Below are positions 9,301 through 19,315 of a stretch of DNA of 54,565 nucleotides, in pieces (the first letter of the stretch is position 1; each line of letters starts with the position of its first letter). This DNA is from an uncultured Rhodospirillales bacterium (GTDB lineage Bacteria > Pseudomonadota > Alphaproteobacteria > Acetobacterales > Acetobacteraceae). The stretch lies in the NCBI GenBank assembly GCA_945957135.1, contig CAMFLK010000001.1, positions 1 to 54,565 on the forward strand, given 5' to 3'. The notes under the pieces are model-generated. The model was not told the origin of the DNA, did no database searches, and saw only the letters and a program-made list of their open reading frames with translations. The translations under genes and the position numbers were made by a program.

Positions 9301-10845
9301 ATGAGCGCCAACCCCGTGGCTGGGCACGCGCGGGTGGCGAACCGGGCGGCGATCACCGCCTGCGTCATCCTCGCGGTAATCATGCAGGCGCTGGACACCA
9401 CAATCGCCAACGTGGCGCTGCCGTATATCCAGGGCAGCGTCTCGGCCAGCCAGGACCAGATCAACTGGGTGTTGACCTCCTACATCGTGGCCGCGGCGAT
9501 CATGACGCCGCCGTCGGGCTGGCTCGCCACGCGCTTCGGGCGCAAGCGGGTGCTGCTGGTGGCCATCGCGGGCTTCGTCGCCGCCTCCGTGCTGTGCGGC
9601 CTGGCGCAGTCGCTGTCGCAGATCGTGGGTTTCCGGCTGTTGCAGGGCTTCTTCGGTGCCTCGCTGGTGCCGCTGTCGCAATCCATTCTGCTCGACATCT
9701 ACACCCCCGCCGAGCGCGGCTCGGCCATGGCACTGTTCGGCGTGTCGGTGATGGTGGGGCCGGTGCTGGGACCGGTGATCGGCGGCTGGCTGACCGACAA
9801 TCTCAGCTGGCGCTGGGTGTTCTACATCAACGTGCCACTGGGGGCGGCGGCGCTGGCGGGGGTATGGGTGTTCGTGGCCGAGACCCGCATCCAGCGCGAC
9901 ATCAAGCTGGACTGGACCGGCTTTCTCGCGCTGTCCGTCGCCGTCGGCGCGTTGCAGCTGTGCCTGGATCGCGGCGAGCAGCTCGACTGGTTCAGCTCGG
10001 CCGAGATCATCGTCGAGGCGATCGTCGCGGCCGGCGCGTTCTACATCTTCGTCGTGCACGTCTTCACGTCGCGCAACCCGTTCATCAGCCCGGCTCTGTT
10101 CCGCGACCGCAATTTCGCGGTGGGCACGCTGTTCATCTTCATCGTCGGCATCACCTATCTCGCCTCCCTGGCGCTGATGACGCCCTATCTTCAAACGCTG
10201 ATGGGCTATCCGGTGGTGACCGCGGGCATCGTGATGGGGCCGCGCGGCATGGGCACCATGGTCTGCATGTTCCTGGTGGGAAAGCTGATCGGCAAGGTGG
10301 ATATCCGCCTGCTGCTGGCCACCGGCCTCGGCCTGTCGGCCTGGGCGATGTACGACATGACCGGCTGGACGCCGGACGTGTCGCAATGGACCATCGTCAG
10401 CACCGGCTTCGTGCAGGGTGCCGGGCTGGGCTTCCTGTTCGTGCCGCTGACCACGGTGACCTTCTCCACCCTGGCCCCGGAGCGGCGCGGCGAGGGCACC
10501 GGCCTCTACAACCTCTCGCGCAATATCGGCTCGGCGGTGGGCATTTCCGTGGTCTCCGCCCTGCTGTCGCAGAACGTGCAGATCAACCACGAGGAAATCT
10601 CGGCGTCCTTGACGCCCTACAGCCTCATGCTGCGCAACGCCCCGGCCAGCGCGGGGCTCAACCCGCTCACCGAGGCCGGGCGCTCGGCGCTCGACGGCAT
10701 GGTGACCGCGCAGGCCACGATCATTGCCTATATCGACGACTTCAAGCTGCTGATGCTGATGTGCGTCGCCGCCATGCCGCTGCTGCTGCTGTTCCGCCGC
10801 GCCGCCCGGCCGGCTTCGATGGACCACAGCGTGGCGGTGGAGTGA
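9301..10845 (+). CDS. DHA2-family MFS multidrug efflux permease (EmrB-like)
   Basis: 514 aa, about 14 TM segments, MFS motif GWLATRFGRKRVLL. Directly follows the EmrA-like gene. Confidence 0.9.
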   Translation: MSANPVAGHARVANRAAITACVILAVIMQALDTTIANVALPYIQGSVSASQDQINWVLTSYIVAAAIMTPPSGWLATRFGRKRVLLVAIAGFVAASVLCGLAQSLSQIVGFRLLQGFFGASLVPLSQSILLDIYTPAERGSAMALFGVSVMVGPVLGPVIGGWLTDNLSWRWVFYINVPLGAAALAGVWVFVAETRIQRDIKLDWTGFLALSVAVGALQLCLDRGEQLDWFSSAEIIVEAIVAAGAFYIFVVHVFTSRNPFISPALFRDRNFAVGTLFIFIVGITYLASLALMTPYLQTLMGYPVVTAGIVMGPRGMGTMVCMFLVGKLIGKVDIRLLLATGLGLSAWAMYDMTGWTPDVSQWTIVSTGFVQGAGLGFLFVPLTTVTFSTLAPERRGEGTGLYNLSRNIGSAVGISVVSALLSQNVQINHEEISASLTPYSLMLRNAPASAGLNPLTEAGRSALDGMVTAQATIIAYIDDFKLLMLMCVAAMPLLLLFRRAARPASMDHSVAVE

Positions 10846-10924
10846 TACCGGCGGCGCGCCAACCCGGCGCGCATACCGCCGCCGCTCAGCGATGGAAGAG
10901 TCATCGCTTCGCGCCGCCGGTATC
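10844..10924. terminator. Compound hairpin after the efflux operon (15-bp outer stem enclosing a 7-bp inner hairpin)
   Basis: GATACCGGCGGCGCG (10844-10858) pairs with CGCGCCGCCGGTATC (10910-10924). Inner AGCGATG (10888-10894) pairs with CATCGCT (10902-10908). Sits between convergent genes. Confidence 0.4.
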
Positions 10925-11061
10925 AGGCCCGCGCCGCGACCCTTGTTGCCGCGGCGGGTCCAGCGGCATGGACCCTCTGTTACCGAACAAACCTCCAAAT
11001 GGAACGGCTGTTGAGAGGATGGTGCTGAGAACCTTGTGATGGCCGTCTTCCGGACAGGCTC

Positions 11062-12048
11062 TCAGGCATGATGGCACGCAACGCGCTGGGCCAAACCAGA
11101 ACGCGGCAGGAGCGGTGGCACGCTTTCGGCGCAGAGTTGGGTGGCGCGCCAGCATCGCGTACGGAAGGCACAGCCGCTCGGCGGGTTTAGGGGGCTGGGC
11201 AGTTCCCCGGCCAGCAGGCGGGGGGCGCGGGATTTTTCCAGGGTGGGGTCGGGGATATTGGCGCTCTCCACCAGCACCTGGGCGTAGGGGTGGCGCGGGC
11301 TGAGCAGCACGTCGCGCGCCGGGCCGAATTCCACGACGCGGCCGAGATACATCACTGCGATCTCATGCGCGATGGCCCCGACCACCGCGAGGTCGTGCGA
11401 GACGAAGATGTAGGCCACGCCCAGCTCGTCCTGAAGTTCGCGCAGCAGGTTCACCACCTGCGCCTGCACCGAGACATCGAGTGCCGAAACCGGCTCGTCG
11501 CAGATCACCACGCGGGTGCGATGGACCAGCGCCCGTGCGATGCCCACCCGCTGGCGTTGCCCGCCCGACAACTCGTGCGGGAAGCGGGTGAAATAGACGG
11601 CGGGGTCCAGCCCGACGCGCTTCAGCATGGACGCCGCGCGGGCATCGCGCTCGGCTTTCGGCAGCTGCCGCGCATGCACGTCCAGCGGCTCGCGCACCGT
11701 GCGCCCCACCCGCATGCGCGGATCGAGCGCGGTGTAGGGAGATTGAAACACCATCTGCACATCGCGCAGGCGGCGGTTGCGTTCGGCTCCGCTCAGCGTG
11801 GTGATGTCGGTGCCGTCCAGTTCGATCGATCCGGCGGTGGGATTGAGCGTGCCGGCGAGCAGCCGGGACAGGGTGGATTTGCCGCAGCCGGATTCGCCGA
11901 CGATTCCCAGCGTGCGTCCGGCCGGCAGCGTGAGGCTGACACCGTTGACCGCGTGCAGCGGTCGCAATGGGCGCGGCCAGGGTTGCGGCACATGAAACGT
12001 CTTGCGCAGCGCCTCTGTGCGCAGCACGGGCACGGTTCTATCCGTCAT
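11062..12048 (-). CDS. Peptide/opine/nickel-type ABC transporter ATP-binding protein (DppF/OppF-like)
   Basis: ATG at 12048 ([14 protein letters not shown]). GESGCGKST, LSGGQRQRVGIARAL, VICDEPVSALD. C-terminal oligopeptide-type tail (PSGCAFRTRC). 11-nt overlap with the upstream ATPase gene. Confidence 0.9.
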   Translation of the reverse strand: MTDRTVPVLRTEALRKTFHVPQPWPRPLRPLHAVNGVSLTLPAGRTLGIVGESGCGKSTLSRLLAGTLNPTAGSIELDGTDITTLSGAERNRRLRDVQMVFQSPYTALDPRMRVGRTVREPLDVHARQLPKAERDARAASMLKRVGLDPAVYFTRFPHELSGGQRQRVGIARALVHRTRVVICDEPVSALDVSVQAQVVNLLRELQDELGVAYIFVSHDLAVVGAIAHEIAVMYLGRVVEFGPARDVLLSPRHPYAQVLVESANIPDPTLEKSRAPRLLAGELPSPLNPPSGCAFRTRCWRATQLCAESVPPLLPRSGLAQRVACHHA

Positions 12049-13015
12049 GGGGGGCACGCAGGCAGGCGGCCAGGCTGGCGCCGACGGGAACGGGGCGCGG
12101 CACCTCCGCGGCGCAGCGGGGAATGGCGATGGGGCAGCGTGGATGGAACGGGCAGCCGGGCGGCAGGGCGGAGGGTGAGGGCGGCGCGCCGGGAATGGCG
12201 TGCAGCTTCCGATCCACCGCGTCCAGCCGCGGCACCGCCTCCAGCAGCGCGGTGGTGTAGGGATGGGCGGGGTGGGCGAATACGTCCTCCACCGTGCCGG
12301 TCTCGACCTCCTGGCCCGCATACATCACCAGCATGCGGTCCGCCATGCGTGCCACCACACCCATGTCGTGGGTGATGATCAGCACGGACATGCCGAGCTC
12401 GGCGCGCAGGCGGATGAGCAGTTGCAGGATCTGCGCCTTGATCGTGGCGTCCAGCGCCGTGGTCGGTTCGTCGGCGATGACCAGGTCGGGTTGCAGGGCG
12501 AGCGACATGGCGATCAGCGCGCGCTGGCGCATGCCGCCGGAGAACTGGTGGGGGTAGTGGTTCACCCGTTCGTGCGGCAGCGGCACGCCGGTCAGCGCCA
12601 GCAGCCGCACCGCCTCTTCCATCGCCGCGCGCCGCCCCACGCCGCGATGGACCATCAGCATCTCCGCGATCTGGTAGCCCACTGTGGTGCAGGGGTTGAG
12701 ACTGGCCAGCGCGTCCTGGCTGATCAGCGCCACCCGCTCGCCGCAGATGCGCCGGCGCTGGGCGGCGGACAGGGACATCAGGTCCATGCCCGCCAGCTGC
12801 ATCGTGCCGGCGATTTTCGCCGACCGTGGCAGCAGCCCCATCAGCGCCATGGCCAGCGAGGATTTGCCGGAGCCGGATTCGCCGATGATGGCGAACACCT
12901 CGCCCGGCGCGATGTCGAACCCGACATCACGCACCGCCCGCACGGGCCCGAACCGCGACCCGAACGTGACGTTCAGGTCGCGGACCGACAGCACCGGCCG
13001 GGCAGGCGCGTCCAC
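12038..13015 (-). CDS. Peptide/opine/nickel-type ABC transporter ATP-binding protein (DppD/OppD-like)
   Basis: [37 protein letters not shown]-terminal [10 protein letters not shown]. Confidence 0.9.
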   Translation of the reverse strand: MDAPARPVLSVRDLNVTFGSRFGPVRAVRDVGFDIAPGEVFAIIGESGSGKSSLAMALMGLLPRSAKIAGTMQLAGMDLMSLSAAQRRRICGERVALISQDALASLNPCTTVGYQIAEMLMVHRGVGRRAAMEEAVRLLALTGVPLPHERVNHYPHQFSGGMRQRALIAMSLALQPDLVIADEPTTALDATIKAQILQLLIRLRAELGMSVLIITHDMGVVARMADRMLVMYAGQEVETGTVEDVFAHPAHPYTTALLEAVPRLDAVDRKLHAIPGAPPSPSALPPGCPFHPRCPIAIPRCAAEVPRPVPVGASLAACLRAPHDG

Positions 13016-13016
13016 G

Positions 13017-14561
13017 CTACCGCTTGGGAATCTTGATGCCGGCGAGATCGAGATTCTCGCCGAAATGCGCGCTGTATTCGAGCTTCCTGGACAGGCCGTA
13101 GATCGCGTCCGCCTCCCACACCGCGCCGATCAGGTAGCGGTCGTGGATCACCTGCTGGGCCTGCTTCCACAGCTTCGTCCGCGCCGCGGGGTCCATCTCC
13201 GCGTTCGCCGCGAGCGCCAGCTTGTCGTATTCCGGGTCTCGGGTGACCGAGACGGGAGAGGTGGAGAGCAGGAACGAGTTCATCTTGCTCGCATCTCCCT
13301 CGCCGAAATCCCATCCGACGACGTAGAACGGGCCGGCGGTGCGGTTGCCGATCATGGCGATCAGCCTTCCCCACTCCATCATCTGCGGGGAGATCTTGAA
13401 TCCCACCGCGTTGAGCTGCGCGTTCATCGCCTGGTAGATTTCGCGGTCGTTCACGTAGCGGCCGTCCGAGGTATAGGTGCTCAGCTCGATCGGCGCGCGG
13501 CCGGCCAGCAGCTTGCGCGACTGGTCCGGGTCGTAGGCGTAGGGTGCGATCGCGGGGTCGAACTGCACCACGTTCGGACCCATCGGCACGCCGAGCACGC
13601 GGCCATACTTGCCCAGCAGGCTGCCGATGATGGTCTTCATGTCCACGGCGTGGGCGAAGGCCTTGCGCACGTTGATGTCGTCGAAGGGCGGCTGCGTCAT
13701 GTTCAGCAGCATGGTGTGGACCAGCCCGTGCGGGTCGGAGGCGACATGGGCACCGGCGGATTTCTCCACCCGCGCCACGTCCGGAATCGGCAGGCGCTGG
13801 ATCAGGTCCACCTCGCCGCGCAGCAGCGCGTTCACGCGCGTGCCGTTCTCGGGGATGAAGGTGAACACGCCTTCTTCCGCATCGGGCTTGGTGCCCCAGT
13901 AGCGGTCGTTGCGGGCCAGGGTGACGGACTGGCCCTTGCGCCAGGCGGTGAGGCGATAGGGGCCGGTGCCCATCGGCTGGTCGTTCACCTCCTGCGGCGT
14001 GTGCGCGGAGACATAGGCCTTGGAGACGATGAACACGCGGCCGGTTCCCCCGATCGGCTGCATGCGCCGGCCCAGCAGCGGGTCCGGCACCTTGGTGCGG
14101 ATCTGCACCGTGTAGTCGTCGGGCGTGTCGATCGTCTGCACCGAGGCGAGCTGGGAGACGTGCGGGGAGTTGTTGGCGGGATCGAGGATGCGCTCGATCG
14201 AGTATTTCACGTCGGCCGCGGTGAACTTGCCGCCGTCATGGAACAGCACGTCGCGCCGCAGCTTGAACTCCCACAGCGTGGGCTCCTTCACCTCGTAGGA
14301 GGTGGCGAGGTTCGGCATCAGCGCGCCGGTCTTGGGGTCGAGCGCCAGCAGCGTCTCGTAGATCTGGCTCATGATCGCGAGGTCAGGCCCGTTGGCGCTG
14401 CGCGCGGGATCGAGCCGGTCCAACCCCGCGCTCATGGCGATGCGCACCGTTCCCGGGCCGGCCGCGCTGGCCTGCTGCGAGGAACCGATGGACCACAGCG
14501 CGCCGGCCAGTCCGGATTTCAGCACGGCACGACGAGAGGGTCGGCATCCGATCGAAATCAT
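13017..14561 (-). CDS. ABC transporter substrate-binding protein, family 5 (peptide/nickel/opine type)
   Basis: 514 aa. Signal peptide with an RR motif (CRPSRRAVLKSGLAGALWSIGSSQQASAA). Embedded between the permease and ATPase genes. Confidence 0.85.
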   Translation of the reverse strand: MISIGCRPSRRAVLKSGLAGALWSIGSSQQASAAGPGTVRIAMSAGLDRLDPARSANGPDLAIMSQIYETLLALDPKTGALMPNLATSYEVKEPTLWEFKLRRDVLFHDGGKFTAADVKYSIERILDPANNSPHVSQLASVQTIDTPDDYTVQIRTKVPDPLLGRRMQPIGGTGRVFIVSKAYVSAHTPQEVNDQPMGTGPYRLTAWRKGQSVTLARNDRYWGTKPDAEEGVFTFIPENGTRVNALLRGEVDLIQRLPIPDVARVEKSAGAHVASDPHGLVHTMLLNMTQPPFDDINVRKAFAHAVDMKTIIGSLLGKYGRVLGVPMGPNVVQFDPAIAPYAYDPDQSRKLLAGRAPIELSTYTSDGRYVNDREIYQAMNAQLNAVGFKISPQMMEWGRLIAMIGNRTAGPFYVVGWDFGEGDASKMNSFLLSTSPVSVTRDPEYDKLALAANAEMDPAARTKLWKQAQQVIHDRYLIGAVWEADAIYGLSRKLEYSAHFGENLDLAGIKIPKR

Positions 14562-14597
14562 GTCAGCCTCCTGCTTGCGATATCGTTGGGTGCGCGC

Positions 14598-15431
14598 TCA
14601 TGGCCCCTGCACCTTGGGGTCGGCATGGTCGCGAAGCTGCTCGCCGATGATGTTGATGACGAGGACGAGCAGCAGGATGGCCGCACCGGGAAACACGGTC
14701 AGCCACCAGGCGGTATCCATGTAGTCGCGCCCCTCGGACAGCATGCGGCCCCAGGTGGGCGTCTCGCTGGGCACGCCGAGGCCGACGAAGCTGAGCCCGC
14801 TCTCCATCACGATCGCCGTGCCGACGGCGAAGGTGCTGAGCACGACGACGTTGGGCGCCACGTTGGGCAGGATGTGGCGGAACAGGATGCGCGCGTTGCC
14901 GCCACGCATGACGCGCACCGCCTCGATGAATTCCAGGTCGCGCAGCTGCTGGGTCTCCGCGTAGGTGACCCGGGCGAAGGGCACCCAGCTGCCCAGCGCG
15001 ATGACCGCGATGACCAGCGGCACGCTGGGGCGCAGGATGCCCACCACGGTGACGGCGAGCAGGAAGAAGGGAAAGGCGAGCTGGATATTGGTGAGCGACA
15101 GCAGCAGGTCGCCGAAACGCCCGCCGCGGTAGCCCGCCATCATCCCCGCCAACACGCCGGCCGCGGCCGCGATGGCGGCGGCGGCGACCGAGACGAACAG
15201 CGCCGGCCGTGCGCCGACGATGATCAGCGACAGGATATCGCGCCCCAGCGCGTCCGTGCCGAACCAGTGGCGGCCGTCGGGGCCGGCCAGGCCGGGGGCC
15301 AGCAGGCGGCTCAGCAGATTCTGCGTCGTGGGGTCGTACGGCGTCAGGAAGCGCCCGGCGACGGCCGCGACCACCATCGCGGCGAGCATCACACCTGCAC
15401 AATACACGACGAGGGTATAGGCGCGGCTCAT
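14598..15431 (-). CDS. ABC transporter permease (DppC/OppC-like)
   Basis: ATG at 15431 (MSRAYTLVVYCAG), a 4-nt overlap with the upstream permease gene. EAA-type loop EFIEAVRVMRGGNARILFRHILPN. The longer 461-aa ORF was rejected. Confidence 0.85.
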   Translation of the reverse strand: MSRAYTLVVYCAGVMLAAMVVAAVAGRFLTPYDPTTQNLLSRLLAPGLAGPDGRHWFGTDALGRDILSLIIVGARPALFVSVAAAAIAAAAGVLAGMMAGYRGGRFGDLLLSLTNIQLAFPFFLLAVTVVGILRPSVPLVIAVIALGSWVPFARVTYAETQQLRDLEFIEAVRVMRGGNARILFRHILPNVAPNVVVLSTFAVGTAIVMESGLSFVGLGVPSETPTWGRMLSEGRDYMDTAWWLTVFPGAAILLLVLVINIIGEQLRDHADPKVQGP

Positions 15432-16345
15432 TGGTGCCGCAGCCGCGGATTGACGAGCCGCACCGCGATTTCCGCCAGCACCGTGATCACGGAGAAGATC
15501 ACCGCGACATAGGCCACCACCCCCTGCACCAGCGGAAAATCCCGCCGCTGGATGGAGGTAATGGCGAGCTGGCCGATGCCCGGCCAGGAGAACACCGTCT
15601 CGGTCAGCACCGCGCCGCCGAACAAGGCGCCGATCTCCAGCGCCAACAGCGCGATCACCGGCACGATGCCGTTGCGCAGCAGCACCCGCCAAATCACCCG
15701 CCGCTCCGGCATGCCCTTGGCGCGCGCGGCGGTGATGAACCCCGCCGGCAGCACGTCGAGCATCGACGAACGGGTGAGCCGGGCGAGACGCGGAAACACG
15801 TAGAGCGCCAGCGTGGTGGCGGGCAGGACGAGATTGGCGAGACCGCCGATGCCGTAGGTGGGGAACCACTCCAGCTCCACCGCGAAGATCTGCAGCAGCA
15901 GCAGGCCCATCCAGAACGAAGGCGTGGAAGCGCCGATCACGCTGATGACCTGCACCGCGCGATCGAGCACCCCGCCCTGCCACACCGCGGCGAGCACGCC
16001 GAGCGGAATGGCCAGCGCCACCGCGACCAGCAGCGAGGCCCCCGCCAGCTCCACCGTGTTCGGCAACTGGCGCATGATGATGGCGGTGACGCTGTCGCCG
16101 TCGAAATAGGAATCGCCGAAATCGCCATGCAGCGCGCCGGCGAGGTAGCGCAGATACTGCATCAGCACCGGCTGATCGAGGCCGAGCGTATGGCGCAGCG
16201 CCTCGCGCTGCTCGACCGTGGCGTCCTGCGGCAGGATCAGGCTGGTCGGGTCACCGCTGAAGCGCACCAGGGCGAAGGTGAGCGTGATGGCGGAGAGCAC
16301 CACGATCAGCCCCAGCACGACCTGCTTGCCGACCAGCCGGATCAT
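15428..16345 (-). CDS. ABC transporter permease (DppB/OppB-like)
   Basis: 305 aa, 6 TM. Loop ITAARAKGMPERRVIWRVLLRN. Confidence 0.85.
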   Translation of the reverse strand: MIRLVGKQVVLGLIVVLSAITLTFALVRFSGDPTSLILPQDATVEQREALRHTLGLDQPVLMQYLRYLAGALHGDFGDSYFDGDSVTAIIMRQLPNTVELAGASLLVAVALAIPLGVLAAVWQGGVLDRAVQVISVIGASTPSFWMGLLLLQIFAVELEWFPTYGIGGLANLVLPATTLALYVFPRLARLTRSSMLDVLPAGFITAARAKGMPERRVIWRVLLRNGIVPVIALLALEIGALFGGAVLTETVFSWPGIGQLAITSIQRRDFPLVQGVVAYVAVIFSVITVLAEIAVRLVNPRLRHQ

Positions 16346-16376
16346 CCGCCCGGCATGGCGGCGGGATGGCAGGCCA

Positions 16377-18011
16377 TCACCGCCATACGCCTTCCGTCAT
16401 GTCGAATGTCGCTGTGCAAGGTGTGCCTTCCCCTTCGGTGAGCCGCTTCTTGGCAACCTTGTTCGATCCGGTTTTCGGCAGTGCCTCGTAGAACTGCACA
16501 TAGCGCGGCAGCTTGAATCGTGCGAGGTGCCCTCTGCAATGTTCCACCACCATCTGTGGCGTGACAGCCTGCGGCGTCCATCCGCGCTTGAGAACGATGC
16601 AGGCCTTGACCTCCTCGCCGCGCAGCGCGTCCTTCACGCCGATGACCGCCGCTTCCTCGATCTGCGGCATGGCCGACAGCGCGGCCTCCACCTCGATGGC
16701 CGAGATATTCTCCGCGCTGCGCCGGATCATGTCCTTGATCCGGCCGACAATGTAGAAATATCCGTTCTCGTCCTGGCGGAACAGATCGCCGGTGCGGAAC
16801 CAGGTGCCGTTCCAGAATGCCTTGGCCGTGGCTTCGGGCTTCTTGTAGTAGCCCTGCAGGATTCCCGGCCCGGCGACACAGAGCTCGCCGATCTCGCCCG
16901 GTTTCACCGGGTTGCCGGACTCGTCGGCGATCATGCAGCGGCGGAACGGCGCGGGAATGCCGCAGGAGGCGGTGGCGGCCATGTGGCTGGCGTCCATCGG
17001 CATGTACAGCCCCGAACCGATCTCGGTCATGCCGTAGGAATCACGCACCGGTACCTTGAACCGCCGCGCCACCGGTTCGCGCAGCGGCTGGCTCATGCCG
17101 AAGATGGCGATCAGCTTCAGGTTGTTGTCGCCATCCTCGGGCGTTTCCGGCAGCATGCCCACCGGATCGGTCATCCACCCAAAGTCGATCCGGTAGCGCC
17201 GCAGCCGCTCCACGAACCGCGTCAGGCTGTAGGCTGGCGGCACGCACAGCGCCGCACCCTGAAACGCGGCGAGGGTGAAGCGCCACATCGGCCCCATGTA
17301 GTAGAAGGGAAGATCGCATTGGATGCGCTCGAAGGTCGGCCACAGGACGGATTTTACCTTGCCCATGGTCAGCCAGTAGCGGTGTGACAGCAGGCAGCCC
17401 TTGGGAAAGCCGGTGGAGCCCGACGTGTACTGAATGTTGATGATATCGTCGAGCGCGACAGGGTCGGTGACGCTGAACGCGTCGGAGGCCGCCGCCAGCA
17501 TCGCATCCCAGTCACGATAGGGCCCACTGTCGCGCACCCCACCCCAGACCATCACCGAGGACGCAGGTGGCACGCCCGGCCGGTCGGCGATCGCCTGCAG
17601 CGTGCCGAGCCGCGCCGTGTCGATCAGCAGGAACTCCACGTCGCCGTCCGAGAGCATGTAGTGCAGCTCGTCCGGGGTATAGGTCGGGTTGATCGGCACG
17701 AGCACGGCGCCCATCCGCGCCAGCGCGAGCCAGCCCGCGAGAAATTGCGGCACGTTGGGAAGCATGATGCCGACATGGACACCCTTGCGAACGCCCATGT
17801 CCCGGAACGCATTCGCCGTGCGGGCCACCAGAGCCCCGAACTGTCGATATGTAAGGTCCGGCCCGCTCTCCTCCATGGCGATCCAGAGAGGCTTGTCAGC
17901 GAAGCGGGCGATCGCCTGGTCGAGCAAGCTGCCGAGATTGGGCGGCAGTTCTTCGGCTTCGATGTGTTGATGGATCGTCAGCGGTGCGTCCATGCCGTCA
18001 TCGTCTCCCAT
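16377..18011 (-). CDS. AMP-forming acyl-CoA synthetase / fatty-acid-CoA ligase family protein
   Basis: AMP-binding motifs IQYTSGSTGFPKG, GELCVAGPGILQGYY and WFRTGD. First gene of the minus-strand operon that continues into the ABC importer. An alternative ATG lies at 17993. Confidence 0.85.
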   Translation of the reverse strand: MGDDDGMDAPLTIHQHIEAEELPPNLGSLLDQAIARFADKPLWIAMEESGPDLTYRQFGALVARTANAFRDMGVRKGVHVGIMLPNVPQFLAGWLALARMGAVLVPINPTYTPDELHYMLSDGDVEFLLIDTARLGTLQAIADRPGVPPASSVMVWGGVRDSGPYRDWDAMLAAASDAFSVTDPVALDDIINIQYTSGSTGFPKGCLLSHRYWLTMGKVKSVLWPTFERIQCDLPFYYMGPMWRFTLAAFQGAALCVPPAYSLTRFVERLRRYRIDFGWMTDPVGMLPETPEDGDNNLKLIAIFGMSQPLREPVARRFKVPVRDSYGMTEIGSGLYMPMDASHMAATASCGIPAPFRRCMIADESGNPVKPGEIGELCVAGPGILQGYYKKPEATAKAFWNGTWFRTGDLFRQDENGYFYIVGRIKDMIRRSAENISAIEVEAALSAMPQIEEAAVIGVKDALRGEEVKACIVLKRGWTPQAVTPQMVVEHCRGHLARFKLPRYVQFYEALPKTGSNKVAKKRLTEGEGTPCTATFDMTEGVWR

Positions 18012-18154
18012 GCACGCCGATCATGCTGCCCTGGCCGTCGGGATGGCGAAGCCTAGAGGTCTCGCGCCGCCTATGTCGAACACCAAAAATTCATGGACCC
18101 ATAACTTTCAGATATATTGCGCCCGGTATCCGTCGATCGTCGCCCGCACCTGGC

Positions 18155-19060
18155 CTACGTCGTGCCCGGCATTCCCTTGAGTTGGGCAGCGATCAGCGCC
18201 AGCTCCTTCTGAAATGCTTCGGCCAAGGGTGAGAGCGGACGGGTGGCGGACATCATGATCTGCACGTGCAGATCTATCCGCGGAACGAAGGGGCGATACA
18301 TCACGTGGCGAAAGGTCTTCTCCAGGGTCAGGAATGAATCGACGAGTGCGACGCCGATCCCCGATGAAACCAGCGCGCAGGCAACCATGGACTGATTGGT
18401 TTCCACAGCCAGGCGGTAGGAAAACCCTTCGCGCCGGAACACGTCGGCCACCTGCGCGCCGGTCGGCGAATCTGTCCCGAAGCCGATCAGCGCTTCGGCG
18501 GCGAGGTCCGCCGGCCGAATCTGACGAAGGCGGCTCAGCCTATGCGTGTGCGGGATAACGCACATCACCGGCCGCTGGCACAACTCCACGGTTTTGACGG
18601 AAACATCGCCGGAAGACGGTTGCGCCACGCCAAGTTCCGCCTCGTTGCGGGCCACGCGTCCCACGGTTTCGCTGGTCGATCCGGCCATCACCTTGAAGCG
18701 CACGTTCGGGTAGCGATGCCTGAACTTGGCGATGGCCGTGGGTATCAGCGTGCCGGCGACCGTCGGCGCCGCGGCAATGGCGATACAGCCGGCCTGGCCG
18801 TCCCGCATGGTGTCGGCCAGGTCATGCAGCCCTGCAATATCGCCGACGATGCGCTCCAATTCCGGAAGCAACGCCTGCGCCTGCGATGTCGCCATCAACC
18901 GCCCGTTGCTGCGATGAAAGAGCGGTATGCCCAGATCGGCCTCGATCTGGCTGAGGCTTTTGCTGACCGCAGGCTGCGATACGTGGAGTGCTTTGGCGGT
19001 GCCGCTGACCGAGCCGAGATGGAGCATTGTCCGCAGCAATTCCAGCTGACGGAAATTCAT
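18155..19060 (-). CDS. LysR-family transcriptional regulator
   Basis: N-terminal HTH LELLRTMLHLGSVSGTAKALHVSQPAVSKSLSQIEADLGIPLF plus a LysR substrate-binding domain. Divergent from the ADP-forming synthetase gene. Confidence 0.9.
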   Translation of the reverse strand: MNFRQLELLRTMLHLGSVSGTAKALHVSQPAVSKSLSQIEADLGIPLFHRSNGRLMATSQAQALLPELERIVGDIAGLHDLADTMRDGQAGCIAIAAAPTVAGTLIPTAIAKFRHRYPNVRFKVMAGSTSETVGRVARNEAELGVAQPSSGDVSVKTVELCQRPVMCVIPHTHRLSRLRQIRPADLAAEALIGFGTDSPTGAQVADVFRREGFSYRLAVETNQSMVACALVSSGIGVALVDSFLTLEKTFRHVMYRPFVPRIDLHVQIMMSATRPLSPLAEAFQKELALIAAQLKGMPGTT

Positions 19061-19255
19061 CGCTCAGTTTCCTCCGGGGCTCATTCGCGGCCTTGCCACC
19101 ACGCTGGAGTTCAGCCTCCTTTGCCCGTGGAAACGTACAGATCGCACAAGCCGGCGGCAAGGTTTCCGATTTGCCGACGGCGATGCGGGTCATGCCTTGC
19201 GGTTATGAGTCAATGACAAAAATCTCTTTGTCGTGTTCCCAGGATCGCTCTTACG

Positions 19256-19274
19256 ATCACGCGGAACGCGTGAT
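19256..19274. promoter_or_regulatory. Perfect 8-3-8 palindrome ATCACGCG-GAA-CGCGTGAT in the LysR / acyl-CoA synthetase divergent region
   Basis: Read directly. About 40 nt upstream of ATG 19316 and about 195 nt from the LysR start. Candidate operator or 5-prime-UTR hairpin. Confidence 0.35.
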
Positions 19275-19315
19275 GCGGCGGCCGATCGCCATCCGTGTTC
19301 GATACGGACGGTCGA

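Noticed and set aside
12684-15512. 942-aa plus-strand ORF across the ABC transporter genes. Similar long shadow ORFs occur at 38733-42041 (+), 8172-9464 (-), 29166-31475 (-), 36040-38451 (+) and 26422-28776 (+).
   Set aside because: All are antisense or out of frame relative to genes with clear family motifs. None has motifs, signal peptides or sensible composition.
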